Assembly (NCBI GenBank): GCA_951406725.2
Contig: OX597823.1
Location: 88,784,001-88,848,000, forward strand
Reading direction: 5' to 3'
From: Octopus vulgaris
Lineage: Eukaryota
DNA: 64,000 nucleotides
Positions within the stretch are counted from its first letter, which is position 1. Every line of letters starts with the position of its first letter. The notes below the pieces were generated by a model that ran no database searches, was not told the origin of the DNA, and worked only from the letters and a program-made list of their open reading frames with translations. Both the position numbers and the translations under genes were made by a program. Positions 12,234-25,273 of this stretch are shown here, piece after piece.

Positions 12234-12449
12234 TTATTCTTTTACTTGTTTCAGTCAATTGACTGCGCCCATACTGGAGTAGCGCCATTAGTCGAGCAAA
12301 TTGACCCCAGGACTAATTCTTTGAAAGCCTAGTACTTATTCTATCCGCCACTTTCCTTTCTGCCGAACCGCTAAGTTACGGGGACGTAAACACATCGGTT
12401 GTCAAGCGAAGGTGGAGGACAAATACCGACAAAGACACACAGACACACT

Positions 12450-12507
<58 letters not shown>

Positions 12508-12652
12508 TATATACGACCTGCTTCTTTTAGTTTCCATCTCCCAAAACCACTCGCAAGGCTTTGGTTGGCCCAAGGCTATAGTAGAAGACACTTGCCCAAG
12601 GTTCCACACAGTGGGATTGAACCCAGAACTATGTCGTTGGTAAGCAAGCTAC
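12234..12652 (-). mobile_element. SINE family A, 5' tip cut off by the neighbouring element
   Basis: Matches family A up to gtaagcaagctac. Confidence 0.88.
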
Positions 12653-13156
12653 TTTATTTTATCAAATTTGCCATAAAGGCAGTATAAAGATTGGTTAGCT
12701 TTGCGGGCTGGAGAAACACATTAATGAATGAAAATTACATAAAATGAATAAATGAGAGACGGAACCAAACACCCTCCGATTGGATTTTTCTTGAAAACAT
12801 TTTCTTTTTTTAAAAATCAATATGAGGTTTCAAACCTCCTACAAGAAGGAGGCACTAAAACCTTTTAACATGTTTTTTTGTAAACACACAATTGAGGTGA
12901 TGAAATCAAGAAATTTAGAATAAGTTCTAACCGCCACCAACATCTCCTCCCTATCTCTTAACCACTGCTTCGTTGGGACAATCTCCCACACGACAATCTT
13001 ATCAGTATTTGTTTTGCCATGTTCACAAAAAATGAAAGAGAGAATTCAAAAGAAAACAAAAGGGAAGAAGAAAGAAATAAAAACAAACGGTTCAATAAAA
13101 AGTCACAATAGAAGAAGAAAATAATAGTTCAAAAGAAGAAAACACAGCAAAAAATC

Positions 13157-13460
13157 TTTTGGGCATTCATGTACTCCAAGCCATTATGGTACTACAATTC
13201 GAACCTGGACTGCTCCATTTGAATACAGCTTTCCAACGTAGACGTAAAATACACACTATTTAAAAACGGCGAACGACTTTCGGTGACAGGATAGTCACCA
13301 AAGTATATTTTGGGCATTTATGTACTCGAAGCCCTTATGTTACTCCAATTCGAACCCGGACTGCTCCACTTGAATAAAGCTTTCCAACGTAGTCGTAAAA
13401 TAAACACTATTTAAAAACGGCGAACGACTTTCGGTGACAGAATAGTCGCCAAACTATATT
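13157..13460. repeat. 151-bp tandem repeat, two copies
   Basis: tttgggcatt.atgtactc...ggtgacag.atagtc.ccaaa.tatattt, with gggcatt at 13161 and 13312. Confidence 0.9.
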
Positions 13461-13847
13461 TCTCACAACGAGAAAAAAAATGTTCACTTTATGTGAACAC
13501 TTGAAATACAGTTTTCCAATAATGGTAAATGTTGTTGTAAAAACAAAGAATTTGAAGGATAGGCCCACCAGACAATGAGAGAAAAAAAATCTTCATTTAC
13601 TATGGACCATATTGCTGAAACACAAGTAGACCAACATCCTAAATTCAATGAGGATTCCCTGTTTGTAAAACATATAAGCACAGACAACGACCCTCACCGG
13701 GTCCAAGAGAAAAGACTTACCTTGCATCAAATTCTTTTGGCGGGATAAACACAGCCGGCTATCTTCTTCAGTGTACAACACAATGGCGCATGCGCACATT
13801 GATAACAAAGACTAATTTATTTTATCAAATTTGCCATAGAGGCAGTG

Positions 13848-14231
13848 TGGAAGCACTCCGTCGGTTACGACGACGAGGGTTCCGGTTGATCAGAATCAAC
13901 GGAACAGCCTGCTCGTGAAATTAACGTGTAAGTGGCTGAGCACTCAACAGACACGTGTACCCTTAACGTAGTTCTCGGGGATATTCAGCGTGACACAGAG
14001 AGTGACAAGGCCGGCCCTTTGAAATACAGGTACAACAGAATCAGGAAGTAATAGTGAGAGAAAGTTGTGGTGAAAGAGTACAGCAGGGATCACCACCATC
14101 CCTGCCGGAGCCTCGTGGAGCTTTAGGTGTTTTCGCTCAATAAACACTCACAACGCCCGGTCTGGGAATCGAAACCGCGATCCTACGACCGCGAGTCCGC
14201 TGCCCTAACCACTGGGCCATTGCGCCTCCAC
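13848..14231 (-). mobile_element. SINE family B, tail type 1, full length
   Basis: Reverse complement of the 7503 copy; TSD atagaggcagt at 13836-13846 and 14233-14243. Confidence 0.93.
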
Positions 14232-14349
14232 TATAGAGGCAGTACAAAGATGGGTAGCGTTGCGGGCTGGGCATAGACATTAATGGGGCAGATGATTATG
14301 ATTCAAAATAATAAAAATGGGAGAAGGCAGAAGGCGCCCGCTGACCCTC

Positions 14350-14985
14350 AGCTTCTCTAAAACATTGTTTTAAAAAATACATATACCGAGTTAAAGACCC
14401 TCTTACAATTCAAAATATAATATCTTTGGACCAAAAAGTCCATACAACCACAAATTACAATTTCTGCACAAATTGGAGGCGATAAACCACTACAATTCTT
14501 CTCCAAGTAAATTTCGTGCGACTTGCAGGTATTTCTGCCACCGAAATCTGGGACTCCAATAGAGTATTCTGAAATTCTGAATTTTACACGAGTCAATTAT
14601 TTGATTACACTGCTTTCTTTCCAGCACCAGAGCAGCCACCTGCGAAGGCCACTCTGGGCTGTCAATACAATTCGGTTCCCTCAGGATCCGACTGTCCATT
14701 TCGTTTTCCACGAAATTTTCAATAGCCCCTCCCCTGCGGTAGCAGAACATACATTCTTCACCACCTTCACTGGAAGGGGCGTCAACTCCATCGCTTGGTG
14801 GCACACATCCCACTGACGAGGTCATCTTCCACCCCCTCCGGTGGCACACATCCCACCGAAGGGGTTTCGGGACAGTTCTTCCTCATATGGCCCGATTCCA
14901 GGCACAGGTGACACTTGGGGGTAGGCGTCCCTCAACAGTCACCGGATACCTATAACCGTCCATCTTTAGAAACTCTGGGACCAAA
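14350..14985 (-). mobile_element. retroelement ORF1/gag remnant with CCHC zinc knuckle (Tx1/L1-like)
   Basis: YPVTVEGRLP, then after a frameshift KCHLCLESGHMRKNCP (C-X2-C-X4-H-X4-C at 14872-14913). Confidence 0.6.
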
Positions 14986-14987
14986 CT

Positions 14988-15670
14988 CAGTTGTTTAGTT
15001 GCAAGGTCACTCATCATTTCATTTAGTTGGTAGATGTATACATTTGCTGTAATTGACTTACCAGGTCTCATGAAGCTTCAGTGGATGACACCAGCACTGC
15101 ACCACCAAACAGACACCACTTGCTTTTCCTGATGAATACTCATTTTTGGATTGTATTTTGGAACTCCGTCTCTATACAACCACCGTGCAGAACGCTTCCT
15201 ATTATTGAAAAGAATCGATTTTTCATCACACGCAACAATTTAAAAATGGTTCGCTTTTATGTCGTGACAGCAAAGAACAGCAAGTTTCAAGACGACATGT
15301 CATTTGATGCTCATTCATTTCGTGTGCTAGACACTTGTCCAACTTCGCCGATTTGTTTCAGATTGTCCAATACAGTTTAAATCGAAACATCAAACCTTGC
15401 TGTTAACTCACGTGTAGTTTGAGATGTATCTGCTTCCACTGAAGTTTCCAATCATCATTATCCACCTTGGTCTCAGGTCTACCACGGGGCCTGATTCTCA
15501 AGAGTAAAGTCACCAGACATGAACTGCTTAAATCATCCATGTACAGTGCACTCTTTCGCAAGATATTCGCCAAACACCTCAATGATGTTTCAAGGAGTCT
15601 GAGATGCACGGGTTCCACAACAGAACTCATATTCATAAACAACACAAATTTTTAATCGATCCATGGGTTC
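14988..15670 (-). mobile_element. mariner transposase fragment (N-terminal HTH to first catalytic Asp)
   Basis: YEFCCGTRASQT...GRPETKVDND...CDEKSILFNNRKRS...VSVWWCSAGVIH...MRPGKSITANVY. Confidence 0.88.
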
Positions 15671-15698
15671 ACAAAAATTGATTTATAAGTGAAAACTC

Positions 15699-15906
15699 CG
15701 AGAGGGCACTGAAAAGTTCCTGGGTTAAAAGGTACTACGAAGGGCCCAACCTTCCGACTACCTTTACAAGGCTTTGGAAAACTGAAAGAACGGTGCAATA
15801 AGTGTGTGATACTGAGAGGGGAATATTTTGAATAAAAACATAATCAAGTGTGATCTACCTGCATTTTCCTTAACTCAAAACCAGGAACTTTTCAGACCCC
15901 ACCTCG
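15699..15906 (+). mobile_element. mariner-derived MITE
   Basis: Imperfect TIRs cgagagggcactgaaaagttcctgg / ccaggaacttttcagaccccacctcg; internal transposase C-terminus KLKERCNKCVILRGEYFE*. Confidence 0.8.
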
Positions 15907-16555
15907 CTCGTATATATACATATATATATATATATATGTTCTTACAGAAACTTCATATACATAACAGATATATACGTGTGGTGTGCGTGTATGTGTGCGC
16001 GTGTGTGTGTTTTTGTGCGATGGTCACGATCAAACACATAGGATACGAATTGATGAATATCAAAATATTATTAAAGAGAATATTTTCACATTAGATGATC
16101 ACCACCATCACCAGCATCCCCGCCTTCAGTTACGTCCACGTACGCTGCGATTATAGCGATCGTAAGACTTTCAAGTAGTATTTGCGAATCTAAGTTCATG
16201 CAAAAATGCATTTATCATGTTTCAAGCATAAATAAGCAAAGTAAATATCAATATGTTTGTATTTCAGGGATATATCCAAATAAATATGTTTTAGATGGTT
16301 TTTGATGTACATATAATGAGCTGGCTTACACGAAAATAAATATCAGCCTTTGAATAACTATGAAAGAATATCGACAAATATGCAAATTAATGGAAATTCT
16401 ATCAATCGTATGGGTTCCTATCTTGTGTCTGATAGGTATTATCGGGTTATGGCGTAGAAAATATTATATTCAAAGAATTTCAGTGATGGAACACATGACC
16501 GCAATTTATATATACAGGCTTTTTATTGAACCTGAATTTTTTAATATGTATATGC

Positions 16556-16588
<33 letters not shown>

Positions 16589-16740
16589 GGCGTGTGTATG
16601 TGAGTATAAGTGCATATGCATGCATAGGTATGTACATATACATATAAGTTCATGTATGTTCACTTCCCTTTGTTTATATATCTGTCCATCTACTTAGCTC
16701 TCTATCTACACACACACACATATATATATGTGTGTGTGTG

Positions 16741-16783
<43 letters not shown>

Positions 16784-16926
16784 CATATATACTTTTATAT
16801 ATATATATATCGTCAGATATACATACAAGCATTTGAGTTCACACACACACACATACGCATATACAGAAAGAAGGAGAGAGAGAATTCGCGTGTGTGTGTG
16901 TGCGAGAAAGTTAGATATATTGACAC

Positions 16927-16973
<47 letters not shown>

Positions 16974-17645
16974 CTGCGATATATATGCAAACACACGCAG
17001 ACATGTATACACTCACATAGACACTGATATATATATATGTGTGTGTGTGCGTGTGTGTGTGTGTGTGTGGATCGTTGTGAATACGTATGTGTAAATAAAC
17101 TGGTCTATGTGTCTATTTGGATGTATCTTTGTGTATAATTAAATCAAAATTTATCTGAATATATCAATTCATATTTGTCCGCACTGTGTATGTAATAATG
17201 ACTTCAATTCAATTTGTACGTGACTGTAAGCTCAAAGACTCTATTGAAAAGGGAAATATCTCAGTATATGCAATGAACCTAAGCTTATTCCTACCCAAAT
17301 ACATAGATAAATAGTTGAATAGAAAGATAAATATATGGATTGAAAGTATATGCGTGCTCTTGTGCACCTGAGTATGTAAAAATACGTGGGTATATATTTA
17401 TGTACGTATATAGGCATAGAAACAACTGTAATGCGTGAAAGGAAACTCCGAAACATCTGAGAAAACTTTTGCTTTTCTTTATTACAAATGTTCATATAAC
17501 CATATTATACATACATACATAAATACATACATACATACATACATACATACATACATACATACATACATACATACATACATACATACTAATACACACGTAA
17601 TGCGTACAACACAAACGAAAAACATATACATATATGTACGTATAT

Positions 17646-17808
17646 GGCGCAGGAGTGGCTGTGTGGTAAGTAGCTTGCTAACCAACCACATGGTTCCGGG
17701 TTCAGTCCCACTGCGTGGCATCTTGGGCAAGTGTCTGCTTCTATAGCCCCGGGTTGACCAATGCCTTGTGAGTGGATTTAGTAGATGGAAACTGAAAGAA
17801 GCCTGTCG

Positions 17809-17865
<57 letters not shown>

Positions 17866-18072
17866 GTTTGTGTGTTTGTCCCCCTAGCATTGCTTGACAA
17901 CCGATGCTGGTGTGTTTACGTCCCCGTCACTTAGCGGTTCGGCAAAAAGAGACCGATAGAATAAGTACTGGGCTTACAAAGAATAAGTCCCGGTGTCGAT
18001 TTGCTCGACTAAAGGCGGTGCTCCAGCATGGCCGCAGTCAAATGACGGAAACAAGTAAAAAGAGTAAAAGAG
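17646..18072 (+). mobile_element. SINE family A, full-length young copy
   Basis: tRNA-like head (tggctgtgtggt / ggttcagtccc), CORE-like ttgggcaagtg, internal (TA)n, (gtaaaaga)n tail. Confidence 0.93.
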
Positions 18073-18115
<43 letters not shown>

Positions 18116-18351
18116 GAGAGAGAGAGAAAGGGAGAGAGAAAGATATATGTATCGATGCATGTGTGTGTATGTGCGTACGAATGGATGGATGGATAGATCG
18201 AAAGAAGAAGGGAGGGTGAGATGTGTATTTGGATTTAGCTTATATATCATGCCGCTCGTACTGCGAGTTCAGTTTTCTCCTCATATCTGGTCGTTCAACC
18301 GGCGCTGAGGACTCGCCAAAAGTACATTTAAAAGCCGATACAATTAGCATA

Positions 18352-18708
18352 TACTCTTTTACTTCTTTCAGTTATTTCACTGTGGCCATGCTGGAGCACC
18401 GCCTTTAGTCGAGCAAATCGAACCCAGGACTTATTCTATTGCCGAACCGTTAAGTTACACACTACCATCGGTTGTCAGGCGATGTAGGGGGGACAAATAC
18501 AGACACACAAACATACACACACGCATACATATATATACATATATACGACGGGCTTCTTTTAATTTCCCTCTGCCAAATCCACTTACAAAGGTTTGGTCGG
18601 CTCGAGGCTATAGTAGAATACACTTGCTCAAGGTGTCAAGCAGTGGGACTAAAAGCAGAACCATGTGTTGGTAAGCAAGCTACTTACCACCCAGGCACTC
18701 CTGCGCCT
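18352..18708 (-). mobile_element. SINE family A, internally deleted
   Basis: Reverse complement of family A. Confidence 0.85.
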
Positions 18709-19584
18709 TTAGGATTATAAAGATAAAGAAATCTAAGTGTTAAGATGTGTCGCTTCGAAATTAAGAGATATCGGGATCGAACATGGAGCTAAGGTTGGAC
18801 GCCTAGGATATATGAGGGTGATACTCTAACAGAGGTAGAAGTTTCAGATTAAGATGAAGCCTGAAAAATTCTCTTGCTGATGAGTTAACACTTTGCTCGA
18901 ACTGGTCTAAGATATTGTCTTTCTGTAGTCACCAATGAATCACTTGTTTTGGAAAGTTTGCTCGGGTTTGTATAATATTTATATAATTTATATAATTTGC
19001 AATATCATCTGAAATCTTAAAATTAGTCTTTCCAAAAGAAAAGCAAATCTGTGATAGCTCCTCTAGGCACACGTCGTTCGAACCAGAAAACTCTTTTATA
19101 ATCATCAGATGTCTTCGCCACCGGTATTGTTTGAATTTGCAAAATAGCAAGACAAGCCCTTCCTACAGTACCTCGACTAACAAGCGATGACTGGTTTCTC
19201 ACTGGCATAATTACTTTAGCTCCACGAAGCGCTGGATAAACCATTAGATAAAATAAGCATCAAGGGGAAACAGAAATGATAAATGGTTTATGCCACAAAT
19301 GAAATTCCTTTAAACTTGCTAAAATAATATTCAAAATGGGTTATATGATTGGTGATATAATTTCGAAGTGTTCATTTTATCATTATGAGGATCAAAGATT
19401 TTACATTTAAAAAAAAAAAATTGGAAGTAATTTTTCATGTATATATAATGTGGAAGTATAATAAAAATAAACATTATTTTTCAAATTCCTCTTTGTATTA
19501 TTTCATTTTGAAAAATATGAATTTATCTTATGATTCATTGTAGTTTATATTTTGAATTACACACACACACACACATACACACAC

Positions 19585-19625
<41 letters not shown>

Positions 19626-19667
19626 GGCGGTGCCCCAGCATGGCCACAGCTCGTGAGCTGAAACTAG

Positions 19668-19700
<33 letters not shown>

Positions 19701-19706
<6 letters not shown>

Positions 19707-19899
19707 CATTATATAATTAGGGCTTAGTAAAATAAATTACTCTGCCACATACTGAACTTAGTAGAAATAGCAGCAAAAAAAAAAATTTCTTTAAGTAGTA
19801 GAAATGCTAAGAAAATTTTTTTTTGGCTGCTATTTCTACTAAGTTCAGTATGTGGCAGAGTAATTTATTTTACTAAGCCCTAATTATATAATGTAATAT
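19701..19899. repeat. near-perfect inverted repeat (about 90-bp arms) within (TA)n
   Basis: atattacattatataattagggcttagt...gaaatagcagc / gctgctatttc...actaagccctaattatataatgtaatat. Confidence 0.9.
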
Positions 19900-19980
19900 T
19901 TTGAATTCGCCTTAAATGGTCCTTTTACATACTGAACACTTGGTGAAATTGATTAATTAATTAATGTTACCCTCAATTGT

Positions 19981-20028
<48 letters not shown>

Positions 20029-21767
20029 CATACATATAAGGGGGATGACCACTAAGTGAACATCCATTATGCTAGAAGTCGACCCCCTATGATCTTACCG
20101 CTAAGAAAGGAATGTTCTCAAGAAAATTTAGAAACACGCCAGAACGTAACCGAGCTTACTGGATGTCGACTTGGTGGTCATCTCTCTTATATCTATGTAA
20201 TATATTTTTTTGAATCTTCAGATTTTTCTATATGCTAGACCACTGGTTTTAAATTGCTATTAACCAAATTAATATTCAATTTTTCACCCGTATTATATAT
20301 TTAAGGAGAGAGAGAGAGAGAGGGGCGCCAAATTTTTTTAAGTGTTTAGGGCCTTTATGACTTTTTATCTTTCTCTGGCTTCACGTTACCCAACCTACAA
20401 TAGGTACTATGAATCTTAGAATGACAACGTTTTTGTATATATTTTACGTGCTTCACATGAATGCATACAATAGTTATATTAAGTTTCCCCTTCACACGTT
20501 TCTTTAACACTAACGTATCTACAGTATTACACTTATACTGCTGATACACATAAACACATAAATCGATTCGAAAATATACCAGGATGCAAATATATTTTGA
20601 ACACATAATACATCCACATAACGTTTTGTAGGTTTTCTGTTATTTTCCAATCATCGTAAATCTCCTGTGAAAATCAATCTGTATGATTTTATATTTTTGT
20701 CCAATGTTTAACGATCCATTAATATTTATAAATAATGTCAACCTCCACTCTAATCCAAATTAGTTACGTAAACACGAAGCAGTGATCTTTCTCAGAGCTT
20801 GTGTGTGTGTGTGTGTGAGTGTGTGAGTGTGTATGTGGGTATGAGCACGTGTACATGTGTGTACACATATATAATAAACACAAGTTTCAAATATATACAT
20901 ATATATTTTATATATATTCTTTATATAAATATATAATTGTATGTAAAACGTATATTTTGTATATTCATAAAAATTTGTATATATAAATAAAGCTATGCCT
21001 ATGTAGGTGTGTGAATGTGTGTATGTGTGTGTGCGTATATTTTTGTGCATGATTGTGTGCGCAGATACACGTTTACTCACAATATGCCGATATATCAGTG
21101 AATTATTATGAAATATATCTTGCAGAACCATTTTTTTTTTAGAGAAAATACAGAATTATTTTCATAAATCACGTCCTTCTAGTCAGCTGTGAAGAAGCAA
21201 CAACGGATCTTAAGTTAAGGAATATTAAGTCTCTTTCATTCAACTGTATCTTTGTCCCTCCCCTTCTGCCTCCTCCCTGATTCCACTTCATTGCCATAGG
21301 CACCCATTGTTTCATACGCATTCTTAGATTGCCTTCGTAGACCTACGTTTTTTCTACCTTGCTCTCCCCGTCCTTTTCATACGTATACTCCCTTTTCTCT
21401 ATGGTCTTTTATATTTTTCGCCCTTTTTTTCTGTTATCATTCTCTCGGTATTTATCTTCTGTCCCATGTTTTTCATATACCTTTTGCATTTTACCATTCA
21501 TTTGTAGCAATCATGAGACTACGGCCATGCTGGAACATCGTTTTGAAGAGTTTTCTCCGAACAAGTCGATCCCAGTTTTTTTTCAATTGCTCGCTCTTAC
21601 AGAGACACACCAACATCGGTTGTCAAGCGGTGATGGATTACAAGCACAGATGCACACACAGACGCATACACACACTTACACACACACATACATCCATGCA
21701 TCCAGCAATATGATGTATAAATGTAAGTCTGAATATATGTATGTATGTATATATGTATGTAAGTATG

Positions 21768-21815
<48 letters not shown>

Positions 21816-22054
21816 TTATAAAATATGACCACACCTCTGACAGCTGTTTCGATTCAGTAATCTTTAGATAATTAATTTATAAAACGAAAATCATTATAAG
21901 ATGCAACTCTTCAAAGCTAGTAAAGGTGTACCGATTAGAAATACATGTTGAGATAAGGGCTATAAACCGTTATTTTCACTGGATTTATTATCCATTAATG
22001 AGGTTTATTACCTTTACTTGTATGTATATATATATATATATATATTACACCTAG

Positions 22055-22344
22055 AAAGTTACCCTCCCAGGTAAGCCCGGGCGAGGTTGTTTTTATGGAA
22101 GATTAGCAGTCGCCCATGCATACCAGCCTCCCCCCTCCACGCCACCAGTGTAATCCAAGTGAAAGGCAAAGAGACCGATACAGCTTGGAACCTGTGACGT
22201 CGCAACTCATTTCTACAGCTGAGTTAACTGGAACAACGTGAAATAAAATGTCTTGCTCAAGAACACAACACGCAGCCCGGTACGGGATTCGAACTCACAA
22301 CCTCACGATCGTAAGCTCGACGTTCTAACCTCATGCGCCTTCAC
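22055..22344 (-). mobile_element. SINE family D (tRNA-derived)
   Basis: Minus strand reads gtgaaggcgca...gttagaacgtcgagcttacgatcgtgaggttgtgagttcgaatcccg (B box) then gttcttgagcaagacattttatttcac. Confidence 0.8.
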
Positions 22345-22357
22345 ACACACATACACA

Positions 22358-22462
<105 letters not shown>

Positions 22463-22467
22463 GAATA

Positions 22468-22776
22468 GTGGAGGCGCAATGGTCCAGTGTTTAGGGCAGC
22501 GGACTCGTGGTCGTAGGATCGCGGTTTCGATTCCCAGACCGGGCGTTGTGAGTGTTTATTGAGCGAAAACACCTAAAAAAGCTCCACGAGGCTCCGGCAG
22601 GGGGTGGTGATCCCTGCTGTACTCTATCACCACTCTTTCTCCCACACTTTCTTCTGTTGGCCTGCTCGCTTAACCAGGGGGGTGGCGTCATTCGAAGGCT
22701 AAAACAATGCGAACGCATTGTGACCAGCGATGTGTAACTACATCTGATGGACTGGTCGGTCACGTGATCACGTGAT
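22468..22776 (+). mobile_element. SINE family B, tail type 2
   Basis: Same head as 7503 with a different 3' half ending (cacgtgat)n; TSD atatacgaata. Confidence 0.9.
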
Positions 22777-23055
22777 ATACGAATATATGACAGGCTTCTT
22801 TCAGTTTCTGTCTACCATATACAATCACAAGTTTGTGGTTGACCCAAGGCATACGTGGCATGCCCAATTTGCCGTGCAGTGAGACTGAACCCGGAACCAT
22901 GCGGCTGGGAAGCAAATTTCTTACCAATCCTGTGCCTTATATGTTTAGCAAGAGTAAATATTTTCGTTGATTACCATGTCTGTCTGTCTGTTTGTTTCAC
23001 TCTTTCTCTCTCTATCTCCCTCCCTTTCTCACTTTATCGTTTTATATATATATGA

Positions 23056-23132
<77 letters not shown>

Positions 23133-23914
23133 TGTGTGTGTAGGTATATATGACTATACAGATGCCTGTGTGCCTGTATGTGTCTAAATTCCTCACTGTG
23201 CACCTTAAGCAATATCACAAGCCCTCTAGGCACTATCCTATATCATTCACGTTTCATTTTACCTTTCCTTCCCTCTTTCTCTCTCTCTCTTCTCCTCTTC
23301 TCTCTTTCACTCCCCATTCATATACGTAGCTCTTCACAGACACATACGTGTACACGCACCTTGTATCCCACTTACACACACATATACATATACATACACG
23401 TAATATCGGTCTCTCTCTCATACACACTTCAACATCCTACACATTTATATTTTCTATTCCTTGCCGTGCACATCGCTCTAGTAACCCCACTCTTTATTCC
23501 TCCCTGCTTTCTCATCTCAATTCCTTCACAAATTCTCTTTTTACACGCCCCCACCTCTCTACTTAATAGCATTTCTAACCCCCTATTCCCCCCCCCCCTA
23601 CGTACTATAGTTCTATTAACATTTTTTTACAAAAATCACCGCCTACATATCTGTCACATATTTTATTTTTAACTCGCTTGCACCAACGAACAAAGCTTTA
23701 CACGGTTCCTTTATGAAGAAGAAATAACAGCTAAACGTACCTCGAATCATATCGAGCTATCTTTAAAGAGTAAGGACACAGTACATATAGTACATACATA
23801 TTTTCCTGCTTGATAAAAATGGTTATAAATCTCGGTACCAGAGCAGCAATTTTAGGGAAGGGATAAGTCTATCACATCGACCCCTGTATTCAAATGGTAC
23901 TTATCTACATACAA

Positions 23915-24145
23915 GGCGTTGAGCTGGCAGAGTCGTTAGCACGCCGGGCGAAATGTTTTGTGGTATTTCGCCCGCCGCTGCGTTCTGAGTTCAAATTCCG
24001 CCGAGGTCAACTTTGCCTTTCATCCTTTCGAGGTCGATAAATTAAGTACCAGTTACGCACTGTGGTCGATGTAATCGACTTAATCCGTTTGTCTGTACAT
24101 GTTTGTCCTCTCTGTGTTTAGCCCCTTGTGGGTAGTAAAGAAATA
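23915..24145 (+). mobile_element. SINE family C, full length
   Basis: A box agctggcagag, B box gagttcaaattcc; TSD ggtacttatctac(a/g)tac on both sides. Confidence 0.9.
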
Positions 24146-24771
24146 GGTACTTATCTACGTACCTTATTTTTAACTTGCTTGCACCAAAGATCTAATATTT
24201 ACATGGTTACTTTATCTACGAGAAATAACAGTTGTAGGTACATCGAACCGTACCGAGCTGTCTAACTAGATACTGGAATTCTATATTTTTTCCCTCTGAC
24301 AAAATAGAAATAAAAATGGTTTCAAATTTCAGCATCAAAGCAGCAATTTTAGTGGAGAGACAAGTTGATTACATCAACCCCAGAACATAACTCGTACTTA
24401 TTTTTATCAACTCCTATGAATGACCAGCAGAGTCAGCCTCGGCAAAATTTGAACGCAGAATGTAAAGCTGGAAAAAGTACCGCTATTTTGTCCAAGGCTA
24501 AATTTTTAAATTGTTTGATCAGAGTTAAACAACCATAGGAGCAGCAATAAACGGACCTGACTTGCAAGGGGGCCTTCACACACTCAGCTGGTCTACTAGA
24601 TATAGCAGCTTAGTACTTCAAAAGTTCATTGATAAGCCAGGTATTGGATACCTACACAATATTTGAAAGAAATATGGGTTGGACACGAACAGAACACATA
24701 GTTCAGCTCAATTACGGCGGATATAAGACCAAACAAGCGAGACAATATAGAACCACACAGCTATGCCCATG

Positions 24772-24813
<42 letters not shown>

Positions 24814-24859
24814 ACTCTCTCCCTCGCTCTCTCGACATATAATTATATATATATACTCA

Positions 24860-25047
24860 ATCCAAACAAGAACAAGCAAACAATAACGCGAGGACGTGGT
24901 ACAAGTACTATATAGGACACTCAGGAAAGGAAAGAAAAGAAAGAGGACTTCACATTTCGAGCGGAGCTCTTCATCAGAAATATAGAAAAAGTCCAAAGAA
25001 GGGAAGACAGAGAAACAAAATCGCCAAGGATACACACGCGGTCACAT
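24860..25047 (-). mobile_element. PLE pseudo-LTR-like repeat with minimal hammerhead motif
   Basis: Minus strand CTGATGA-A-GAGC-TCC-GCTC-GAAA; homologous to 35365-35760, 48150-48260 and 50500-50830. Confidence 0.7.
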
Positions 25048-25082
25048 ATTGTATATATATGTATATATATATGTATATACAC

Positions 25083-25130
<48 letters not shown>

Positions 25131-25192
25131 ATATATATATACACATATGCATATTTATACATATATATTTATTTATCTTTTTATATATATAT

Positions 25193-25270
<78 letters not shown>

Positions 25271-25273
<3 letters not shown>

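Noticed and set aside
21830-21920. Minus-strand gaaacagctgtc with an upstream ttgaaga
   Set aside because: Core and stem I are too degenerate to call a hammerhead.
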